This document shows, piece by piece, positions 1 through 10,706 of a stretch of 64,000 bases of DNA. The stretch lies in NCBI GenBank assembly GCA_021513695.1, contig CP084166.1, positions 416,001 through 480,000 of the forward strand, in the 5' to 3' direction. Position numbers and translations under genes: made by a program. This DNA is from Candidatus Heimdallarchaeum aukensis. Its GTDB lineage: Archaea; Asgardarchaeota; Heimdallarchaeia; Heimdallarchaeales; Heimdallarchaeaceae. Below the pieces are notes generated by a model. That model was not told the DNA's origin and searched no databases. It saw only the letters and a list, made by a program, of their open reading frames with translations. Positions within the stretch are counted from its first letter, which is position 1. Every line of letters starts with the position of its first letter.

Positions 1-218
1 TGTTACAAACCTATTGCTATATAGAATAGCCTCTTATAAGTGTTGGTCTAGCGAAAATGCAGATGATAAGGAAAATATCTATTGACATAATAATGTGTGC
101 TGTCAGGCCCACGCTTTCATATGTTCTTAATGATTACTAGAAGTTTTCAAATAGTAGTGAATTTAATTTTTAGCGATAATATAGTCATTTATTCAAATTA
201 TATGACATCACTATCCTA

Positions 219-235
219 TTTTTTTTTAAAAAAAA
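219..235. terminator. T9A8 tract just downstream of the copB stop, candidate bidirectional oligo-T terminator
   Basis: The sequence tttttttttaaaaaaaa lies 16 nt beyond the stop of the minus-strand ORF ending at 251. It reads as an oligo-T run on either strand. Oligo-T runs are the usual archaeal termination signal. Confidence 0.35.
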
Positions 236-250
236 GAATAGAGTAAAAAG

Positions 251-2464
251 TTACGATTTATCTTTTTGTTCTTTCTTTGCAGATTTTTTATTGTTTTTTG
301 GAGATATATCATATTTTCTTAAAGTTTGGGAATTGATAGCGACGATTACTGTACTCAAAGACATCAAAATTGCGCCTATAGCAGGGTTTATTATTACACC
401 TACACTTGCTAGAACTCCTGCAGCTAAAGGAATAGCGATTATATTATATCCTGCTGCCCACCATAAATTTTGAATCATTTTCTTGTATGTTTGCTTCGAT
501 AATTCAATTAATCTGATAACATCATTTGGGTTATTTCTTACAAGGATAATATCTGCGCTTTCTATTGCAACATCAGTTCCTGCCCCTACTGCAATTCCTA
601 CATCAGCAGTAACTAATGCAGGAGCATCATTAATTCCGTCTCCGACCATAGCGACTTTGTATCCTTCCTCTTTTAATTTTGTAATTTTATCAGCTTTCTC
701 ATGTGGAAGAACTTCTGCAAAATAGTCATCCATTTCTAATTCTTTTGCTACCCATTTTGCTACTTCTTCTGCATCGCCTGTAAGCATGTATGTTCTTATT
801 CCTAAAGATTTTAACTTCTCAATAGCAATTCTTGAATCTTCTCTTATTTTATCTGCTAGAGCAAATGCGCCAGCAAGTTTGTCATCAATTATTGTAAAGA
901 TTACAGTTTTTCCTTGTTGTTGCACTTGTTTTATCTTCTCATCTTCTATTTCTATTTTCAACTCGTCAAGTAAGTTTGGGCTACCAACATAGACTGTTTT
1001 TCCATTTATTTTACCTTTTACACCTTTACCTGGCATTACAGTAAAATCAATAGTTGAAGGGATCTTTATTTTCTTCTCTTTTGCATAATCTACTATAGCT
1101 TTTGCAATTATATGCTCAGAGTTAATCTCTAACGCTGCAGTTAACTCCAATAACTCTTCTTCAGGAATGTACGAGATAACATCAGTTACTCCAAAGTTTC
1201 CTTCAGTCAAAGTTCCTGTTTTATCAAAAACTATAGCATCTATGTTTCGAACGTTTTCAAATCCAGTTCTGTCTCTTATAAGTACTCCACTTTTAGCAGT
1301 AATAGAAGTAGATAAAGCAACAACTAGAGGAATAGCTAAACCTAACGCATGGGGGCAAGCAATAACTAATACTGTTACAGCTCTCTCTAAAGCGAAATCA
1401 GGAAAACCAAGAAGGAACCATGTAGTATAAGTTATGATTCCTGCGATAAGTGCTACATAAAATAATAATGCTGCTGCACGATTAGCTAAATCTTGTGTTC
1501 TTGATTTACTCATTTGTGCTTTTCTTACTAAGTCTATTACTTGAGCAAGATAATTTTCTTCACCAGTTTTAGTTATTTTTACATGTAAAATTCCTTCTGA
1601 ATTTATAGATCCACCAATAACCATGTCATCCACAGTTTTGGATACAGGCATTGATTCTCCAGTCAAAAAAGCTTCATTTACATATGAAGAACCGTCTATA
1701 ACTACACCATCTGAAGGAATTTTTTCTCCAGGTCTAACAAGTGTAACATCATTGATTTTAAGCTCGGAAACGGAGACATCAATGATTTCTCCATCCTTGA
1801 TTAAGTGAGCAGTAGTAGGCATAATCTTTACTAATTCCTCTAATGCTCTCGAAGCTCCCATAATACTTTTTGCTTCCACCCAGTGACCTAGTAGCATAAC
1901 ATCGATCAATGTAGCAAGCTCCCAAAAGAAATCTACTCCTTCAATGAAAAACACAGTAGCAGCCGAATAAAAGAAAGCTACAGATATTGCCATTGCAATA
2001 AGTGTCATCATACCAGGAAGTTTTTTCTTGATTTCGTTAAATAAGCCTTTTAGAAATGGCCAACCACCATAAAAATAGATAAGTGATGAGATTGCAAGAA
2101 CTAATTCTCTTTGAAAATTAAAGGTAATCTCAAAGTTTAACCATAGCTGAATTGTTTCAGATAGAAGTAAAACTGGAATGGTTAAAATTAAAGAGACAAA
2201 AAATCTTTTCTTGAAGTCAGAAATGTGAGCAGAATGGTCATGAGATTTGTGGTCCTGATGATCTCCATGTTTCATTTTAGTTCCTGTAGATCCATGATCT
2301 TTGTGTTCTTGATGATTTTGATGCGTAGTATGTGCTTCTGCAGAAACATGACTTTTATGATCCTTATGATCTTTATGTTTCATATGAGATTCTGAAGAAT
2401 CATGTTTTTTGTGATTTTGGTTATCATGATCTTGATTTTTATTTCCTTTGTTCATTTTTTTCAC
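251..2464 (-). CDS. copB: Heavy-metal (copper) translocating P1B-type ATPase, CopB-like with a His-rich N-terminus
   Basis: 737-aa ORF with the P-type ATPase motifs TGES (LTGESMPV), DKTGTLT, MLTGD and MVGDGINDAPAL. It has the CPH transmembrane metal motif (CPHALGLAIP). The N-terminal tail is His-rich (HKKHDSSESHMKHKDHKDHKSH, HGDHQDHKSHDHSAH), as in CopB/P1B-3 pumps. Confidence 0.9.
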   Translation of the reverse strand: MKKMNKGNKNQDHDNQNHKKHDSSESHMKHKDHKDHKSHVSAEAHTTHQNHQEHKDHGSTGTKMKHGDHQDHKSHDHSAHISDFKKRFFVSLILTIPVLLLSETIQLWLNFEITFNFQRELVLAISSLIYFYGGWPFLKGLFNEIKKKLPGMMTLIAMAISVAFFYSAATVFFIEGVDFFWELATLIDVMLLGHWVEAKSIMGASRALEELVKIMPTTAHLIKDGEIIDVSVSELKINDVTLVRPGEKIPSDGVVIDGSSYVNEAFLTGESMPVSKTVDDMVIGGSINSEGILHVKITKTGEENYLAQVIDLVRKAQMSKSRTQDLANRAAALLFYVALIAGIITYTTWFLLGFPDFALERAVTVLVIACPHALGLAIPLVVALSTSITAKSGVLIRDRTGFENVRNIDAIVFDKTGTLTEGNFGVTDVISYIPEEELLELTAALEINSEHIIAKAIVDYAKEKKIKIPSTIDFTVMPGKGVKGKINGKTVYVGSPNLLDELKIEIEDEKIKQVQQQGKTVIFTIIDDKLAGAFALADKIREDSRIAIEKLKSLGIRTYMLTGDAEEVAKWVAKELEMDDYFAEVLPHEKADKITKLKEEGYKVAMVGDGINDAPALVTADVGIAVGAGTDVAIESADIILVRNNPNDVIRLIELSKQTYKKMIQNLWWAAGYNIIAIPLAAGVLASVGVIINPAIGAILMSLSTVIVAINSQTLRKYDISPKNNKKSAKKEQKDKS

Positions 2465-2655
2465 TAAAGAGTTTTTATTATTTTTAAGATATTAAAGCTA
2501 TTGGTTAAACAATTTTTGAAATAATAATATCTTTCTCTTTAAGTGATATTGTTTTTCTACTCTAATTTGAGTAAAATCTCCTATTTTAGTTGTAATTCTT
2601 TCATTATTTTTTTAAGTCAAGAGATAAACCAATTTAAAAATTTAAATAATGTTAG

Positions 2656-5600
2656 TTAGTTCATGCTTTCTTTTAGATAAACCCAAGTATAACCCATTTG
2701 TTTTTGGACTATTTCTTCTGGTTTTCCTTCTGAGATTATGTACCCTCCTAGCTCTCCTCCTTCTAGACCTAAATCTATAACATAGTCTGCCTGTTTAATT
2801 AAATTCATTTCGTGATCAATTAGAACCACACTGTGTCCTTTATTTGCTAATCTATGAAGAATTTCAATAAGTTTTTCTAAATCAAAAAAGTGTAATCCTT
2901 GAGAAGGTTCATCTAGGATGTAAATACTATTTCCATAGGTTCTTTTAGATAGTTCTCTTACAATCTTTAATCTTTCAGCTTCTCCACCACTTATTGTTGT
3001 TGTTGGTTGTCCCATTTTCAAATAACCTAAACCTGCTTCAACAGCTAATTTTAATGGAGCACTTATTTTTTCTAGATCCCTAAATAACTCATATGCTTCT
3101 TCAATAGTCATCTCAAGAATATCAGAGATAGATTTTTGTTTGTACTTTACAGCTAGAACTTTTTTGTTATACCTTTTCCCCTTACAAATAGGACAAGTTA
3201 ACCATACATCAGATAAGAAAAGTAATTCTACCTTCTTTTGCCCTAATCCTTTACATTCTGGGCATTGTCCTTTTTTTACATTAAAACTAAAATGAGCAGA
3301 GCTCATTCCTCTGTTTCTTGATTCAGGTAGTTCAGCATAAAACTTTCTTATCTCGTCAAAAACTCCAAGATAAGTTGCTGGAGTTGAACGAACAGATTTA
3401 CTCATTGCAGATTGATCTACAGCAATAACTTTTTTGATATCTTCAAAACCTTTAATTTCTTTATGTTTTCCTGCTTCTATCTTCTTTTTAGAAATTTTTT
3501 TCTCTAAAGCTTTTTGTAAAGTATCTATAACCAAAGAAGATTTACCCGCACCTGATACTCCAGAAACAGCAGTAATAATTCCCTTTCCAAACTTTGCTGT
3601 AATATTTTTAAGATTATTTTCTTGTGCTCCTACTAAAGTTATATTTTCTGAAGTTTTTCTTCTTTTAGTAGGCGTTTTTATTTTTCTCTTGCCATAAATA
3701 TAGCTACCAGTAAGAGAAGATTCGCTTTTAAGAACCTCATTGGTTGAACCAAAGTTAATTATTTCTCCTCCTTCTTCTCCTCCCCTTGGTCCTAACTCAA
3801 TTATATAATCAGACTCTTTAATTATTGTATCGTCATGTTCTACTACTATTACGTGATTGCCATTTTCTTTTAATTTCTTCATGGTGTCTAATAGCCTGTT
3901 AATGTCTCTTGGATGTAAACCAATAGTGGGTTCGTCTAAGCAATAAGTTACCCCTATTAATCCACTTCCTATTTGAGAAGCTAAGCGTATTCTTTGTGCT
4001 TCTCCATTGGATAATGTACTTGCTCTTCGATCAAGAGTTAAATATTCTAACCCTACATCTACTAAATATTGAGCTCTTTTCTTTAATTCGGAAAGGATTC
4101 GCTCTGCTATTTTCGACCTTCTTTTATCTAATATTATATTATTCAGAAATACAAGAAAGTCTTTAACTGAATATTTTGTCAAATCTGTAATTGATTTGTT
4201 ATTAATTGTAATAGCTAAAACTTCTGGTTTAAGTTTTTCTCCCTTACAGTCGGGGCAAAGATACTCTGAATAATATTGGTTCATTTTTTCTTTATATTTA
4301 AGTGACCAAGTCGAATCTGTTTCAGATTTCATCCAATCATCCCAACGAGGAATTAATCCTTCCCAAGGTTTTTCTCTAATATACTCTGATACAGATTTAC
4401 GACTTTCTTGACGATAAACTATTTCTACTATTTCGCCATCTGAACCATAAAATAAAGCATGTAGTTGTTGAGGAGTAAAATCTTTTAGAGGAGTAGAGAG
4501 AGTGAAACCAAAGTGTTTTCCTACTGATTCTAACATACTTCGTCTCCAAGAGTTAGGATTACTCATTCTTTGTGCAGTATAAGGACCAATTGCTCCTTCA
4601 ATTATTGATTTATTCCAATCTGTAACTATCTTTCTAATATCAAATTTTCTGATCATTCCCAATCCTGTACAAGTTGGGCAAGCTCCTGAATAGTGATTAA
4701 AACTAAATAACCTTGGGTGAATCTCTTCTGGGACTTCAATTCCATGCTCTAAACATTCAGCATTGAATGAATACCTTTTTCCTTTTTTATCTGTAGAATA
4801 GACTTCTATTCTCCCTTTTCCAAGTTCTCTAGCTATTTCTAATGAATCAACAAATCTCGTATCTTCAACTTTTGATAAATCTATTCTATCAATCACAACT
4901 GAAAGTGTTTTAACATTATCAACACTAAACTCTTCATCTAAATGTAATAGTTTCTCATTTAGTAAAATCCTTGTATATCCTTCTTTCTTTAGTTCTTTTA
5001 CAATTTTAGATATATCTACTTGCTCTCCATTTAATACTGAAGCAGCAAGGTATATTTTCTTATCTTTGAACTCTTTTCTAATCAATTTTGCTATTTCTGT
5101 TTCTGTCCTTTGTTTTAATTCAATAGAACATTTAGGACAATGAGGAATACCTACTTTTGCAAAAAGAAGACGAAGATAATCATAAATTTCAGTAGTTGTG
5201 GCAACAGTGGAACGAGGATTATGTGAAATTGAATGTTGATCTATTGCAATTGAAGGAGTTAAGCCTACTATTTCTTCTACTTCTGTCCTTTCTGCCCGAT
5301 TTAGAAACTGTCTAGCATAACTGCTCAAACTTTCAATAAATCTTCTTTGCCCTTCAGCAAATAGTGTATCAATAACTAAACTACTTTTTCCACTACCAGA
5401 AACTCCAGTAACAACAACAAGATTATTTTTTGGAATAGTAAGATCAAGATTTTTTAGATTGTTCTTTTTTGCTCCTTTTACATAAAGAAAACTGCTTGGA
5501 TCTAATTCTTTATCTGATGTGGAAATAGAATTTTTACTTACTGTTTGCTCTTTTTCTAATTCTCTCTTTTCTCCTTCTAAAACCTTTTTTAGAGCTTGAC

Positions 5601-8445
5601 CTGTATATGACTCTTTAATTTTCACAATTTCTTCGGGAGTACCAAAACCAACTAAATATCCTCCCTTTTCTTCTCCTCCTTCAGGACCTAAATCAATGAT
5701 ATAATCTGCAGTCTTAATTACATCTAACTGATGCTCTATTACAAGAACGGTGTTTCCTTTATCTACTAATTCTTGTAAAACTTTGATTAGTTTCTTGATA
5801 TCTTCAAAACTTAAACCTGTAGTTGGTTCATCTAAGATATACAGAGTCTTACCAGTAGCTCTTTTAGCTAATTCTCTACTCAATTTTATTCTTTGCGCTT
5901 CTCCTCCAGAGAGAGTAGTAGAAGACTGACCTAATTTTATATAGTCTAAACCTACAGCTTCAAGAGTTTTGAGTATTCTAACAATTTTAGGTTGGTTCTC
6001 AAAAACATTTAATGCTTCACTTACAGTCAAGTTAAGTATATCTGCGATAGAATATCCTTTGTATTTAACTTTAAGTGTTTCATCATCATATCTGTTTCCT
6101 TTACAAATTTCACACTCTACCTCAACATCAGGTAAAAGAGACATCTCTATAGTGTTAAAACCTTTTCCTTGACAAGCTTCACATCTACCAGGGCTGTTAT
6201 TAAAACTAAATCTAGTTTTTGTATATCCTCTCAGTTTAGCAGTAGGAAGAGAAGCAAATAAGTCTCTAATAGGGTCAAGCATCTTTGTGTAAGTTGCAGG
6301 ATTTGAACGAGTAGTTCTACCTATAGGTGATTGGTCAATAACAACTACTTTATCGATATTCTCGACTCCTTTCAAAGTCTTGAATTTTCCTGCTTTCTGT
6401 TTTCCATGATGTAACTTATTTACTAAAGCGGGATAAAGGGTATCAGAAACTAAACTACTTTTACCGCTTCCAGAAACTCCAGTTACGCAAACAAATGTTC
6501 CTAAAGGTATCTTTACATCTATATTCTTTAGGTTATTGTGCTGAGCTCCTTTTAATTCAAGAAAAATATTGCTCTTTCTTCTCTTTTTAGGAACTGAAAT
6601 TGAGTCAAGGTTTAGTAAATATCTAGCTGTAAAAGAGCGTTTAGCGTCTTTTTCACTTATATCTCTAGGGTTTTTAGCAAAAAGTAATTCTCCGCCTAAA
6701 CTACCTGCTCGAGGTCCTAAATCTATTAAAACATCTGCACTCTGTAAAGTGTCTTCGTCATGTTCAACAACAATAACTGTATTCCCACCATCACGTAGAG
6801 TCTTTAAAGAAGAAAGAAGCTTTTCATTATCTCTATTTGCTAAACCTATGCTAGGTTCATCTAGAACATAATTAACTCCTTGAAGTTTAGCTCCTATTTG
6901 TGTTGCTAATCTAGTTCTTTGAGCTTCTCCGCCACTTAAATCAACAGCACTTCTATCTAAAGTGAGATAATGAAGACCCACCTCGATTAAAAAATATAAT
7001 CTGCTTATGATTTCCCTAAGAAGGGGTTTTGCTATCTTTTCTTCCTCTGGAGATAACTTTAAACTGTTAAAGAAATTGTAACATTCTTCTATAGACATTT
7101 GATTAAGTTCAGCAATATTTTTTCCATGGAAAAGTACAGATAGACTTTCATTCTTTAACCTTAGCCCTTTACAATCAGGACAAGTTTGAAGTTCCATATA
7201 TTGTTCTAAACGTTCTTTCATGCTTTTAGAAGAAGTTCTGTAATAACCCTCCATTGTTGCAGGAATAAAACCTTTCCATTTTACATCTGAAGTTCCCCGG
7301 GCTTTCCAGACACTATCTCTTGCTCCCCATTTCCAATTAATGGTATACTCTTTACTTCCAGTACCGTACATCAAGATTTGTTTGTGTTCTTCAGGCAAGT
7401 CCTTCCAAGGAATAGAAATATCAATACCTAACTGTTTAGCAATCTGTGCAATAGAATTTTTGCTCAATCCAGTATAAGTAAAGTGATCTCCACTTTTCGT
7501 CTGTAAAGCTATTGCATGTTCTAATAAAGGATTATCAGGATTAGTAACAAGTTTGTCGGGAACAATTTGAGGAAGCTTACCTAAACCTTTACATCTTGGA
7601 CAAGCTCCAACAGAAGAATTATAAGAAAAATCTCGAGGGTGAAATTCATTAACAGATAAACCACATTGAGGACAAACAAGCTTATTAGAAAAAATCTTTT
7701 TTTCCTTTTCTCCAATAATCTTTACTTTCCCATCAGCGAGATCTAAGCAAAGATCTACACTATCACGGATACTAGCTTCATTTTTCCTCAAACATTTATT
7801 TCTATCTACAACTATTTCAATATCATGGGCGACATATCTTTCCAATTTTGGAAACTTTTCATCCAGATTAATCTCTTCTCCATCAATGATTAAACGAGTA
7901 AAACCTTCTTCTTTCCATTTTGCTAGTTCTTTCCTGTACTCACCTTTTCTTTTTTTAAACATTGGTGCAACAATCTTGACTTTTTGTCCTTCAAAAGAAG
8001 CGAATATTTGATCTATTATCTGATCAGAAGGTTGTGCATCTATTTTAATATTACATATTGGACAATGAGGAACACCTACTCTAGCAAAAAGAACACGCAA
8101 GTAATCATATATTTCTGTTAAAGTTCCAACAGTACTTCGGGGATTCCTAGAAATGGTTTTCTGGTCAATAGAAATGGTAGGTCTTAAACCTTCAATATGT
8201 TCAACATCTGGACGATCAAAGTTGCCAATAAATTGTCTAGCATAAGCAGATAGAGTTTCCATATATCTTCTCTGAGCTTCTGAAAAAATAGTATTGAAAG
8301 CTAGTGAACTCTTCCCACTACCTGAAACGCCAGAAATTACCACTAGTTTATCATGTGGAATAGAAATAGTTATGTCTTTCAAGTTATTTTCTTTAGCTCT
8401 AATAATTTTAATACTGTCAGTACTAGAAGTCATATGATTATTCAC
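2656..8445 (-). CDS. Tandem-duplicated UvrA-like ABC ATPase: two complete UvrA units fused, four nucleotide-binding modules
   Basis: 1929-aa ORF, about twice the length of a normal UvrA (about 940 aa). Unit 1 starts IKIIRAKENNLKDITISIPHDKLVVISGVSGSGKSSLAFNTIFSEAQRRY. Unit 2 restarts near nt 5490 with LYVKGAKKNNLKNLDLTIPKNNLVVVTGVSGSGKSSLVIDTLFAEGQRRF. There are four Walker A sites (GVSGSGKSS x3, GVSGAGKSS) and four signature motifs (LSGGEAQR x2, LSNGEAQR, ISGGEAER). There are four Walker B sites (YVLDEPSIGL, YILDEPTTGL, YCLDEPTIGL, YILDEPSQGL). CxxC zinc modules occur in each unit. Confidence 0.85.
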   Translation of the reverse strand: MNNHMTSSTDSIKIIRAKENNLKDITISIPHDKLVVISGVSGSGKSSLAFNTIFSEAQRRYMETLSAYARQFIGNFDRPDVEHIEGLRPTISIDQKTISRNPRSTVGTLTEIYDYLRVLFARVGVPHCPICNIKIDAQPSDQIIDQIFASFEGQKVKIVAPMFKKRKGEYRKELAKWKEEGFTRLIIDGEEINLDEKFPKLERYVAHDIEIVVDRNKCLRKNEASIRDSVDLCLDLADGKVKIIGEKEKKIFSNKLVCPQCGLSVNEFHPRDFSYNSSVGACPRCKGLGKLPQIVPDKLVTNPDNPLLEHAIALQTKSGDHFTYTGLSKNSIAQIAKQLGIDISIPWKDLPEEHKQILMYGTGSKEYTINWKWGARDSVWKARGTSDVKWKGFIPATMEGYYRTSSKSMKERLEQYMELQTCPDCKGLRLKNESLSVLFHGKNIAELNQMSIEECYNFFNSLKLSPEEEKIAKPLLREIISRLYFLIEVGLHYLTLDRSAVDLSGGEAQRTRLATQIGAKLQGVNYVLDEPSIGLANRDNEKLLSSLKTLRDGGNTVIVVEHDEDTLQSADVLIDLGPRAGSLGGELLFAKNPRDISEKDAKRSFTARYLLNLDSISVPKKRRKSNIFLELKGAQHNNLKNIDVKIPLGTFVCVTGVSGSGKSSLVSDTLYPALVNKLHHGKQKAGKFKTLKGVENIDKVVVIDQSPIGRTTRSNPATYTKMLDPIRDLFASLPTAKLRGYTKTRFSFNNSPGRCEACQGKGFNTIEMSLLPDVEVECEICKGNRYDDETLKVKYKGYSIADILNLTVSEALNVFENQPKIVRILKTLEAVGLDYIKLGQSSTTLSGGEAQRIKLSRELAKRATGKTLYILDEPTTGLSFEDIKKLIKVLQELVDKGNTVLVIEHQLDVIKTADYIIDLGPEGGEEKGGYLVGFGTPEEIVKIKESYTGQALKKVLEGEKRELEKEQTVSKNSISTSDKELDPSSFLYVKGAKKNNLKNLDLTIPKNNLVVVTGVSGSGKSSLVIDTLFAEGQRRFIESLSSYARQFLNRAERTEVEEIVGLTPSIAIDQHSISHNPRSTVATTTEIYDYLRLLFAKVGIPHCPKCSIELKQRTETEIAKLIRKEFKDKKIYLAASVLNGEQVDISKIVKELKKEGYTRILLNEKLLHLDEEFSVDNVKTLSVVIDRIDLSKVEDTRFVDSLEIARELGKGRIEVYSTDKKGKRYSFNAECLEHGIEVPEEIHPRLFSFNHYSGACPTCTGLGMIRKFDIRKIVTDWNKSIIEGAIGPYTAQRMSNPNSWRRSMLESVGKHFGFTLSTPLKDFTPQQLHALFYGSDGEIVEIVYRQESRKSVSEYIREKPWEGLIPRWDDWMKSETDSTWSLKYKEKMNQYYSEYLCPDCKGEKLKPEVLAITINNKSITDLTKYSVKDFLVFLNNIILDKRRSKIAERILSELKKRAQYLVDVGLEYLTLDRRASTLSNGEAQRIRLASQIGSGLIGVTYCLDEPTIGLHPRDINRLLDTMKKLKENGNHVIVVEHDDTIIKESDYIIELGPRGGEEGGEIINFGSTNEVLKSESSLTGSYIYGKRKIKTPTKRRKTSENITLVGAQENNLKNITAKFGKGIITAVSGVSGAGKSSLVIDTLQKALEKKISKKKIEAGKHKEIKGFEDIKKVIAVDQSAMSKSVRSTPATYLGVFDEIRKFYAELPESRNRGMSSAHFSFNVKKGQCPECKGLGQKKVELLFLSDVWLTCPICKGKRYNKKVLAVKYKQKSISDILEMTIEEAYELFRDLEKISAPLKLAVEAGLGYLKMGQPTTTISGGEAERLKIVRELSKRTYGNSIYILDEPSQGLHFFDLEKLIEILHRLANKGHSVVLIDHEMNLIKQADYVIDLGLEGGELGGYIISEGKPEEIVQKQMGYTWVYLKESMN

Positions 8446-8620
8446 TTAAAAGCGACTAGTAAGTGTAAAAAATGCCTAGATTTCAATATTTAAACTTGTA
8501 TATTTAACAAGAAATAAAGAATCAGAATAAAAGTTAATGTTTAGTTGCTGAAATAAGAGCGTTGATTCTTTGTTAAAAACAAAAGATTGAACAAAATTTA
8601 TAATAGTTAATCAAATTAAA

Positions 8621-9511
8621 TTGTTGGTTATCTTTATGTTCATCTTTAAAAGAGTAAAAAGAAGAATTATTCTGAAAAGATTTTTTGTTACGCAAAACCA
8701 ACTATTAAGTGAATTTTTTGAAGAAACAGAGAAAGCATTGGGGAAAAAAATTACAATAATAGAATTTAATGAAGCCTTTAATCCAATAATAGAAAAATTA
8801 AATCAGATTATAGAAAACCATTCCAAAAGTAAAATCCTTAAAAAAACTATGAAAAAAAGATGGGCTAGGATTCTGTGGAGAAAGAAAGGAAAGGCTAAAG
8901 AAATTGAAAAGAGTCTTGTTAATATAACAGCAATTTTGGACAAATTAGATTTTTCAATTATTAATAATGATTTAGAAGAAATTGAATATTTATTAGAAGA
9001 TATAATAGAGATCGATTATGCATATGAAAAATTAAATAAATTAAAAAACGCAATAAATAGCTTCGATATTTTGTTAGAAAAAATGCTTTCAGTATTCAAC
9101 TTTTATGCAATACTAATTTCAAACGAGTCAATAAAAAATTTTGACAATTTAATAGTTAGAATTGAGAAAGATAGTTTAAGATGGAAAGCAGAAATAGATA
9201 CTTACGAAATATTAAAAGAAGCTATAGAAGAAAGAGCAGAACGAATAAACAGGCTTAAAGTATTTAATGATATGCTTGTTAAGAAAGAAAGTGTAAGCAT
9301 TACTGAAATGATGGACAAATTGGATTTTGAAAATAGAGAAAATCTAGAAAAATGGTTATTAGAAAATGTTCCTGCTAATACAATACTAATTAGCAGAGAG
9401 ATAATACAATTTAATAAAAATGTAAGTAAAAAAGAAATAGCTGAAGCAATAGATTCTTTGTTAAAAGATTACGAAAAATGGGTTAAGCAAGGAGTAGGAA
9501 AAAAAACCTAA
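8621..9511 (+). CDS. Hypothetical coiled-coil protein with a short hydrophobic N-terminus
   Basis: 296-aa ORF with a TTG start, rich in Lys/Glu/Ile heptad-like sequence. The stretch IIEFNEAFNPIIEKLNQIIEN weakly resembles the post-TM cytoplasmic segment (WNEFFNEWEKIIEQINK) of the paralogs at 23064 and 25303. No recognised catalytic motif. Confidence 0.4.
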   Translation: MLVIFMFIFKRVKRRIILKRFFVTQNQLLSEFFEETEKALGKKITIIEFNEAFNPIIEKLNQIIENHSKSKILKKTMKKRWARILWRKKGKAKEIEKSLVNITAILDKLDFSIINNDLEEIEYLLEDIIEIDYAYEKLNKLKNAINSFDILLEKMLSVFNFYAILISNESIKNFDNLIVRIEKDSLRWKAEIDTYEILKEAIEERAERINRLKVFNDMLVKKESVSITEMMDKLDFENRENLEKWLLENVPANTILISREIIQFNKNVSKKEIAEAIDSLLKDYEKWVKQGVGKKT

Positions 9512-9722
9512 AAATTTTTGATGTTCTTCTTTTTGGAATTAAAGATATTTTAGATAAAATTAAAGAAATAAATGTACAGGAAATGATTTCTTTCTAATTC
9601 TTTATGTTTTTAGAATTTATGATTGATGCAGTGCTGATCATTGAAAAGCATTTTCTGTAAAGAATAAGAGAAAATAAGGAAAAAAACAAAAATATTTAAT
9701 TTTCAATAAAAAAGTAAAAAAA

Positions 9723-10121
9723 CTAACAATTACTAGAAATTAAACAGTTAATCTTTTCTAATATTGTCTTTAGTCTAAAGGGTTTTCTAAGATAATGTAA
9801 CCCTAATTCTTCAACTTGTTTCTGAATTGAACCTTGAAATGCTGTTATTGCAATAATAGGAAGATTAGCATTAGAAAGAATAATTCTAGAAGCTTCAATT
9901 CCACTCATTTCTGGCATCTTAATGTCCATCAAGATAAGATCTGGTTTCCATTCTCTTGCAATAACTACAGCCTCTTTGCCGTTTTTTGCCATCCTAACTT
10001 CAAAAGAATCTTTCAAAAATTCATGGAATATTTTTCTTATATCCTCTTCGTCATCTGCTACAAGAATCTTCTTTGTTGGGTTAGAAAAAGGAGCAAGATT
10101 GTTTGATAAATTTAATAACAT
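9723..10121 (-). CDS. Stand-alone response regulator receiver (CheY-like)
   Basis: 132 aa. It has the acidic pocket VADDEED, a phospho-acceptor context DLILMDIKMPEMSG, and conserved T/K positions (IIAITAF, LRKPF). There is no output domain. Confidence 0.8.
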   Translation of the reverse strand: MLLNLSNNLAPFSNPTKKILVADDEEDIRKIFHEFLKDSFEVRMAKNGKEAVVIAREWKPDLILMDIKMPEMSGIEASRIILSNANLPIIAITAFQGSIQKQVEELGLHYLRKPFRLKTILEKINCLISSNC

Positions 10122-10229
10122 AATAACCTGTCTATGAAAACAGAATTATCTATACTTAAAAGCACTATTATGTTACAAAAATAAATAACTATAGAAAAAG
10201 GATTTAAGTTCAAAAAACTATTTTTTATT

Positions 10230-10706
10230 ATGAATGAAATTTCAAAAGCTCTCGAAATAGAGATGAAGTCAGTTTTTAAAATGTTAAAAAACGCAGTAAG
10301 CAGAATCGAAGGAGATTATTGGAAAAAAAAGGAAAATAACTGGATGTACGGATATGTTTTATTTCATACGATAGAAGCAATTGATTACTATCTCTCTGAA
10401 TCAGCAGAAGAGTGGAAACCTCTAAATGATGTTTCTAACTATTCAGAAGAAAAAGAAACAGAAGCATTAAAAACAAAAGATAAGCATTTCTTTGAAGAAT
10501 ATTTAAGAAAAATAGAAGAAAAAACCTTTGAAACTCTTGAAAAACTTTCTGATGAAAAATTATTAGAAAAAGACGGGTTTGGAAAAAAAGGATTTACTTC
10601 AAGATTGCACAAATATATTTACTTGATAAGACATTGTATGGTGCATTTAGGAGAATTATCTAAAACTTTGAGAGACAAAGGAGAAGAAAACATTAAGTGG
10701 GAATAA
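10230..10706 (+). CDS. DinB-superfamily-like four-helix-bundle protein (tentative)
   Basis: 158 aa. Spaced His residues sit in predicted helices (LFHTIEAIDYY, LIRHCMVHLGELS), reminiscent of DinB/YfiT-type metal-binding bundles. This is a weak call by eye. Confidence 0.35.
   Translation: MNEISKALEIEMKSVFKMLKNAVSRIEGDYWKKKENNWMYGYVLFHTIEAIDYYLSESAEEWKPLNDVSNYSEEKETEALKTKDKHFFEEYLRKIEEKTFETLEKLSDEKLLEKDGFGKKGFTSRLHKYIYLIRHCMVHLGELSKTLRDKGEENIKWE

Noticed and set aside
291-1808. Five plus-strand ORFs of 60-87 aa inside copB
   Set aside because: They are antisense to a motif-rich P-type ATPase gene and show no independent evidence.
3434-6871. Three plus-strand ORFs (3434..3697, 5969..6172, 6569..6871) inside the UvrA-like gene
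   Set aside because: They are antisense shadow ORFs within a strongly supported 1929-aa coding region.
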